This document shows, one piece after another, positions 26,630-32,000 of a DNA stretch of 32,000 bases. Within the stretch, counting starts at the first letter, position 1. The number at the start of each line of letters is the position of its first letter. The translations under genes and the position numbers were made by a program. The DNA comes from Candidatus Saccharimonadota bacterium (GTDB taxonomy: Bacteria; Patescibacteriota; Saccharimonadia; Saccharimonadales; UBA4665): positions 240,001 through 272,000 of the forward strand of contig CP064992.1 of assembly GCA_016699935.1 (NCBI GenBank), read 5' to 3'. The notes beneath the pieces were generated by a model. The model saw only the letters and a program-made list of their open reading frames with translations. It made no database searches and had not been told where the DNA came from.

Positions 26630-27959
26630 ATCCTACCGCGCAAGCTGCCACCAGGGCAAGCACACCAGGGTGTATGGCTGTCGGTTTCGGCAAGGCGCTA
26701 ACTTGCTTGGCTGGCGTAGCCGCCGTATCTTTTGCGTTTTGCGTGGTGGTTTTCGTCGTTTTCTTAGCACTCGTCGAAGCAGACTTAACCTTGGCGGCAG
26801 TTTTTGCTGTCACGACTTTTTTTATGGCTGTCGCCGGAAGGGTAATGGGTTGGGCGATGATATTGGTAGCGGCCTCCGTTGGCTTTGTGGTCCAGTACCA
26901 CGTACCATTTGCGAGCGCCCAGGCTTGGCCGTCAGGAGCTGAATCGTAGGGGTCGGACTGCGCCACAACCGTACCAGTACCATCGAGAAGAGTAGCTTGT
27001 CCGCTCGTATTGCTTAAGCTCAAGCTCGTTTGACTCGTGTAAAATGCCCGAAAGCTTTTGGGGGCAATGCTCAGGCCAGATGGAAATATATATGAATGCT
27101 TGGTAGCCAGCCCCGTCTGGAGCGTAAAACCAGAGAGATAAAACGGTGCGTCGTTTGCGTTCTACAGCTCAATATATTCGTCCGTGCCGTCCGTGCCAGT
27201 ACCTGCCGGATTCGGCAGCATCTCGGTTATAAGTGGGGGCGCTAAACCGGCGTTATCACCTGGGATGGCTGTATTATCAGGGGTGGCTTCAACTTCATTT
27301 ATGTTTTCAATGATTGCCGGCGGCTCTATAGCCGTCTGTACCCATTCGACAGTTTCACTTTGTGTACCGCTCGTGAGGGGCGCGAGGCTGAGCGTGCAAC
27401 CTACCAAGTTTCCAACGCGCCACGGTTTTACCATAGATGGATCGTGGTACCACACCGGGTAATTCATACCGGCGGTTTCTTTGCGCAGGTCCAGTGCTGC
27501 TGTTGTCGTCCCAGTTAATCCGGGCTTCGCCCAGTTCACACTATCGACAGTGGTGAATGTGCTCGAAAGGCCACTGCTCTGGAGCCGACGCACGACAAAG
27601 GTTCCCTTGGTATCAGCCAGTGATACAGACAGTTTTGTCACCAGTACCGCATCACACGTAGTAGCGCCGTCACTTGTCATTAAAAGGGCTTGACCAGTAG
27701 TTAGTGATCGCACTGGTAGTTGCTGCGATGGCACAATGGCGCCTGGATTTGCCGTATCGCTACCCGTGTAGCCAACCCAATATTCGCTGAGGTCAGGGAT
27801 GTCAGCCGTGGCCTGCAATACAACCAGCTCTTCTCCCGTGATTTTTATCTCGCGGATGATAAGCTGAGGCACAGCGACTGTTTCAGCTTGCACACTCAAC
27901 GGAACGAGCGTTATGAGTAATATCAGTCCCACCCTGAGGAATATTCTCAGGTATTTCAT
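26568..27959 (-). CDS. lamin-tail-domain (LTD) protein with signal peptide and C-terminal TM anchor, interrupted by one in-frame TAG (27162-27164)
   Basis: Signal peptide LILLITLVPLSVQA. The LTD signature LPNPAGTGTDGTDEYIEL-[TAG]-NANDAPFYLSGFTLQ shows that ORFs 27162..27959 and 26568..27023 are in the same frame (138 nt apart). C-terminal TM VLALVAACAVGYGAYVY. Confidence 0.7.
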
Positions 27960-28244
27960 AATTAGTTCCCAGTCTATGCCTCTCTAAAACCTATTGCAAG
28001 CACAGGCACAATAAAAATGTTTCTTTTTACAACGCCAACTCGGCATTGTTTATTTACATGCACATAAAATGCACGTACGTGCACGTTTTTTACGTTTTGT
28101 AGTGCTATGCGAACGTGGACTGTTCTGGTTGAGATGCGGGCACCATACCTATGACATACAAACAACTGACAAATGAGGTGTGGGGTTTTCTGTAATATGG
28201 GATCCTGCGCCTTCCTTTGTTGCAAACTGGTCTATACTATACAT

Positions 28245-28758
28245 ATGCTAAAACTCAGTGACAGTTTGATTGGGCGTCCGGTGATGAGTCTTCGTACTGG
28301 ACAACAAGCGGCCACGACGACTTCAGCGATAATTAACCCGAACAATCTCAAGATAGAAGGTTTTTACTGCGCCGATAAATTTAGCCGGAAAGAGCTTGTG
28401 CTCCTGTACCAAGACATCCGTGATGTTATCCCGCAAGGTCTAGTGGTGAACGACCACGACGTACTCGCAGATCCTGACGAACTTGTCCGGCTAAAGGAAG
28501 TTATGAGCATACGGTTTGAGCTCATCGGCAAGCAGGTTGCGACGCTCAGCAAGCAACGCCTCGAAAAGTGTCTGACTTCTCTGTAGAAGTAGAAACTATG
28601 TATGTACAGAAACTGTATGCCTCACGGGGATATTGAAGGGCCTTACGAAGGGTAATCTGGTGATAGATCGATCGCAAATAAATGAAATCACCGACAAAAA
28701 TATCATAGTCAACGACCCCCTAGACGCCGCCACTGTCCCCGCCGGCGCCGCCGCTTAA
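28245..28758 (+). pseudogene. PRC-barrel-like two-repeat protein; 2 frameshifts as sequenced
   Basis: LIGRPVMSLRTGQQAATTTSAIINPNNLKIEGFY and LIGKQVATLSKQRLGKVSDFSVEVETMYVQKLY resemble PRC-barrel repeats. The tail ..LKGLTKGNLVIDRSQINEITDKNIIVNDP is in a third frame. TATACT lies 6 nt before the ATG. Confidence 0.45.
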
Positions 28759-28783
28759 GCCTACAAATCGTGTACAATACAAT

Positions 28784-29467
28784 ATGAAATATTATGGAGG
28801 ATCTATGAACAAGCAAAAAGGCTCCGTTCAAAGTTTTATTATTTTGATTCTTGCAGTACTTCTAGTTGTAGCGATAGGTTTTATAGTGCTCAAACAAAAT
28901 AATACTAAGGACAATAAAACTAGTAGCCCTGAGCTGACGAAAACAGAACAAACCAGTACAACCGAAAAATCGGAAATTGATAAAGATGCTGTTAAATTTC
29001 AAGGCAGGCGAACATCGTCGAGCAATGGTGCATTTAGTGTAGTTATACCTAATGGGTGGAAAATCATTAATGATACTGCATACGACCTACTCTCAAGTGG
29101 TCCGAATGTTAGTAATATGTCCTATAATTCAGAAAAAGAACCAATTATCATTAACGACAATGTAGGTGGATGGGATGGGTACTCTGAGTATTTTTACATA
29201 CAAAAATCTAAATCTACAATTTCACCATCAGGAGAGTCCACAAAGTTCATTCTAAATAATGGCCAAAGTGGCAGTAAATATACCAGCAAAACGTTAAAAG
29301 GTACAAATAGCGAGGCATATGGCATGCTTACCGATAATTATTACGTGTATTCATATGTTTTTGAGAAAGCAAATACTCAGTATTTAGCTGCATTTGCCAT
29401 AATGGAGTCAACTACAATTGACCGCTCTCTGATTGACGAAGTTGTTAAAACACTTGAAATTCTGTAG
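28784..29467 (+). CDS. hypothetical membrane-anchored protein, visibly AT-richer than its neighbours
   Basis: Intact 227-aa ORF with TM FIILILAVLLVVAIGFIVL and Asn/Ser/Lys/Thr-rich composition. The likely start is MNKQKG at 28805. Confidence 0.6.
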   Translation: MKYYGGSMNKQKGSVQSFIILILAVLLVVAIGFIVLKQNNTKDNKTSSPELTKTEQTSTTEKSEIDKDAVKFQGRRTSSSNGAFSVVIPNGWKIINDTAYDLLSSGPNVSNMSYNSEKEPIIINDNVGGWDGYSEYFYIQKSKSTISPSGESTKFILNNGQSGSKYTSKTLKGTNSEAYGMLTDNYYVYSYVFEKANTQYLAAFAIMESTTIDRSLIDEVVKTLEIL

Positions 29468-29470
29468 TTT

Positions 29471-30067
29471 TTATTCGCCAATGACTGCTTTGATGTCGTC
29501 GTAGTTGAAACCTTGGCGGGCGAGGTACATCATGAGTTTTTGGTCATCTTGGTAGCGACTGATCTTGCGCTTTTTCTCGACCAGCTCACGTAGTAGCTGA
29601 CGCTCGTCTGTTTCATCCTCCTCAAGTATGTGCTGGATAATGTCACTACTCACTTTCTTTTGGCGCAGTTCCAGCCGCAACTTTTTGGTACTGGTCGCTT
29701 TTAGCCGACGTCGATTCTCAACCCACCGCTGGGCAAACTCAGCGTCATCTACAAAATTTAGCCTGCGAAGTTTTTCCAGAATCTGTTCAGCTAGCTCGGG
29801 AGCATATTGTTTGCGGCGGAAATAATCATGCAGCTCGCCCTCGCTTCGCATGCGCCTAGCCACGTACGCCAACGCTAAGTTGTACGCCTTGTCCTCCCGG
29901 GATAGCCTTTTGTACTCCGTAACCTCCACCTGGGATAGTTCCTGCCCAGGTACGAGCCGTGCATCCAGCAGCGCTTCTGCACTCAAACTAAACGCGTACT
30001 GACCATCTACAAAGATGCTATATCTTCCCTCACGTTTCACCTGCGTTTTTATGGCCGTAATGTTCAT
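29471..30067 (-). CDS. recX: recombination regulator RecX
   Basis: Three-helix repeat pattern typical of RecX (AYNLALAYVARRMRSEGELHDYFRRK.., FVDDAEFAQRWVENR). In an operon with recA. Confidence 0.85.
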   Translation of the reverse strand: MNITAIKTQVKREGRYSIFVDGQYAFSLSAEALLDARLVPGQELSQVEVTEYKRLSREDKAYNLALAYVARRMRSEGELHDYFRRKQYAPELAEQILEKLRRLNFVDDAEFAQRWVENRRRLKATSTKKLRLELRQKKVSSDIIQHILEEDETDERQLLRELVEKKRKISRYQDDQKLMMYLARQGFNYDDIKAVIGE

Positions 30068-30666
30068 TTTAATCGACCAAGCATCCTTGCAAGGATTGGA
30101 AAACTGGCGTATTTCTTACTTTTTTCGAGGTTGAAGTGTCCTTGGCCGGGGATGATGGTAAGGTCGGCATCTAGCTGACGAGTGATGTATTCGGCCTGTT
30201 TAAACGGCACATAGGGGTCATCGTCTGAGTGCAATATGATGATCTGGTTTTCGACGTTCGCCTTTATCTTTCGCCAGTCAAACGGTACATCAAATAGCCG
30301 GGCGTTTGCTTCCCATTCGGTGGCGACACTTTCACCGCATTCGTTTGTGAAAACTGATACGCAGACGACTGTTTTTAACTTGGTTTGATTTGTTTGGGCG
30401 ATCAGCAGCGCCAGATCTGCACCCGACGAATGGCCAATAACTATCATGTCTTCATCGAGTACGAACGGTGCGTTCTGTTGCACAAAAGCCAGCCATTCAC
30501 GCAGACTCGGCTGTTCGGCATGAGGTAACTGTGGCAGCCAGACATCATAGCCTTTGGCTTTTAGTTGAGCCTCCAGCCACCGGAACCAATTCCCTTCCGG
30601 CGACCCTTCTGACCCATGCAAAATGACTGCTCTTTTTATGCCTTTTCTCATGCGTCCTTTAACCAA
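30064..30666 (-). CDS. alpha/beta serine hydrolase (YdeN/RBBP9-like)
   Basis: ILHGSEGSPEGNWFRWL, nucleophile elbow GHSSGA, HSDDDPYVP, and a catalytic His in GQGHF. Confidence 0.75.
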   Translation of the reverse strand: MVKGRMRKGIKRAVILHGSEGSPEGNWFRWLEAQLKAKGYDVWLPQLPHAEQPSLREWLAFVQQNAPFVLDEDMIVIGHSSGADLALLIAQTNQTKLKTVVCVSVFTNECGESVATEWEANARLFDVPFDWRKIKANVENQIIILHSDDDPYVPFKQAEYITRQLDADLTIIPGQGHFNLEKSKKYASFPILARMLGRLK

Positions 30667-31193
30667 GTTAAGTCGAGTTCTACGACAGTGGCATTACCGT
30701 GATTCGGCATATCATAAAACCATTTAGGATCCTTGCCAATTCTTAGGCAGTCAATCAATCTTGATACCCCTCCATGGGCAACAATCACCACCGTGCCCGA
30801 ATCCTCCCAAGCACTATACAGAGCTGATTTTACTCTTTTCGCGAATTCAGCTGGCTTTTCAGCGCCGGGGAAGCTTACAATTTTTTCGGCTGTCATACCT
30901 TCGAGTGACTGCCCTTGACCCACTCCTAATTCATACTCTTTTAGCCGCGGATCTAGCTCTATTCTCTGTACGTCATAGCCAATTTCAGCGGCAATTATCT
31001 GGGCAGTTTCGAGAGCTCGACTCAGCGGAGAAGTTATGATTTTATTGATTGAATTATTCTTCAGCGCTCGACCAGCCTGTCTGGCTTGCTGCCTTCCGAG
31101 ATCAGTTAGGTTGCTATCGTTAGAGCCACCAGCCAATATTCCAGCTAGGTTTGCTTGGCTTTGACCATGTCGAATATAAAGCACTCGACCCAT
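30648..31193 (-). CDS. histidine phosphatase (phosphoglycerate-mutase-like) family protein
   Basis: RHG motif in VLYIRHGQSQAN; SPLSRALETA; a second catalytic His in VIVAHGG. Confidence 0.8.
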   Translation of the reverse strand: MGRVLYIRHGQSQANLAGILAGGSNDSNLTDLGRQQARQAGRALKNNSINKIITSPLSRALETAQIIAAEIGYDVQRIELDPRLKEYELGVGQGQSLEGMTAEKIVSFPGAEKPAEFAKRVKSALYSAWEDSGTVVIVAHGGVSRLIDCLRIGKDPKWFYDMPNHGNATVVELDLTWLKDA

Positions 31194-31197
31194 CTAT

Positions 31198-32000
31198 CTA
31201 TTCCTTTGTGGCGGCTTCGCGGACCTTGGCGGCTATTTCAGATTGGACTTTGGGGTTTTCTTGCAGATATGTCTTGGCAGCTTCACGTCCTTGGCCTATT
31301 TTCTCGCCGTTATAGGCAAACCAGGCACCAGCTTTTCGACAATGTTTTGCGTGACGGCTAGGTCAAGTATGTCGCCGGCAACCGAAATGCCTTGGTTATA
31401 CATTATGTCAAACTCGGCTTCGCGGAAGGGCGGGGCAATCTTGTTTTGACCACTTTCACCCGAGCGCGATTGCCTATAACTGCATCACCAGCTTTGATTT
31501 GCGAAATACGGCGTATATCCATCCTGACACTTGCGTAGAATTTAAGCGCGTTTCCACCGGTGGTAGTTTCTGGGTTACCAAACATAACACCAATCTTCAT
31601 GCGAATCTGGTTGATGAAAATGACGGTAGTTTTACTACGGCTTATAACCCCAGTTAGTTTACGCAAAGCCTGGCTCATGAGACGCGCTTGTAGTCCCATA
31701 TGGCTATCGCCCATGTCACCTTCTATCTCTGCACGGGGTACGAGTGCTGCAACAGAGTCAACAACGATAAGGTCGACGGCATTGGAGCGAACCAGCGTTT
31801 CGGTAATTTCAAGTGCTTGTTCCCCGTTATCTGGCTGACTGAGCAGCAAATTCTCAATATCCACACCAATGCGTTTGGCATATGAAGGGTCAAGTGCGTG
31901 TTCTGCGTCTATGAAAGCCGCTGTGCCACCGCGCTTTTGCACTTCGGCTATGGCGTGAAGAGTGAGCGTGGTTTTACCACTCGATTCCGGACCGTAAATC
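31198..32000 (-). CDS. recA: recombinase RecA; the N-terminus lies beyond the window edge; 2 apparent frameshifts in the C-terminal part
   Basis: Walker [10 protein letters not shown] at the window edge; [10 protein letters not shown]; [20 protein letters not shown]; [30 protein letters not shown]. The C-terminal [45 protein letters not shown] is readable after shifts at T4 runs 31444-31447 and 31333-31336. Confidence 0.9.

Noticed and set aside
1-32000. Alternative genetic code (UGA or UAG reassignment) as an explanation for the broken genes
   Set aside because: The breaks are frame changes, not in-frame stops, and conserved genes terminate at normal TAA/TAG/TGA codons. The only in-frame stop at a conserved residue is the single TAG in the LTD gene.

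Overview
The window is a bacterial chromosomal segment with mostly minus-strand genes. The gene set looks like a reduced Gram-positive-type or CPR (Saccharibacteria-like) genome; that lineage call is inference only. Housekeeping genes recognised from the translations are glyA, an XRE-HTH::MurA fusion, a Nudix hydrolase, a patatin-like lipase, a YihY-family membrane protein, ymdB, rny, tsaB/tsaE, and a recX / alpha-beta hydrolase / histidine phosphatase / recA operon. A cell-surface block holds two sortases, a 536-aa secreted beta-strand-repeat protein with an xPxTG-type sorting signal, a lamin-tail-domain protein, and a roughly 6.8-kb giant repeat protein gene (13600-20439). Five tRNA genes or pseudo-tRNAs are present: Gly-UCC, Arg-UCU, His-GUG, Pro-UGG and a defective Pro-GGG. 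Three things stand out. (1) Three tRNA loci are each followed 120-170 nt later by a second copy of the tRNA 3' end, from T-loop to CCA. The two tRNA-Pro-linked spacers are homologous to each other and show compensatory base-pair changes. This fits either an undescribed tRNA-3'-tailed structured RNA or a miniature att-flanked element. (2) The giant N-terminally anchored surface protein is built from DNTD-type short repeats, at least 12 Cys-pair modules (C..QIAKWNGSAWACAAD) and a C-terminal LamG/ConA-like domain. It includes two near-identical 1.41-kb tandem copies. (3) At least 35 frame disruptions affect otherwise well-conserved genes (glyA, murA, rny, recA, ymdB, both sortases and others). 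Almost all sit at short homopolymers, so assembly or consensus error must be excluded before any of these is called a pseudogene. No CRISPR array, rRNA, transposase or integrase was recognised.
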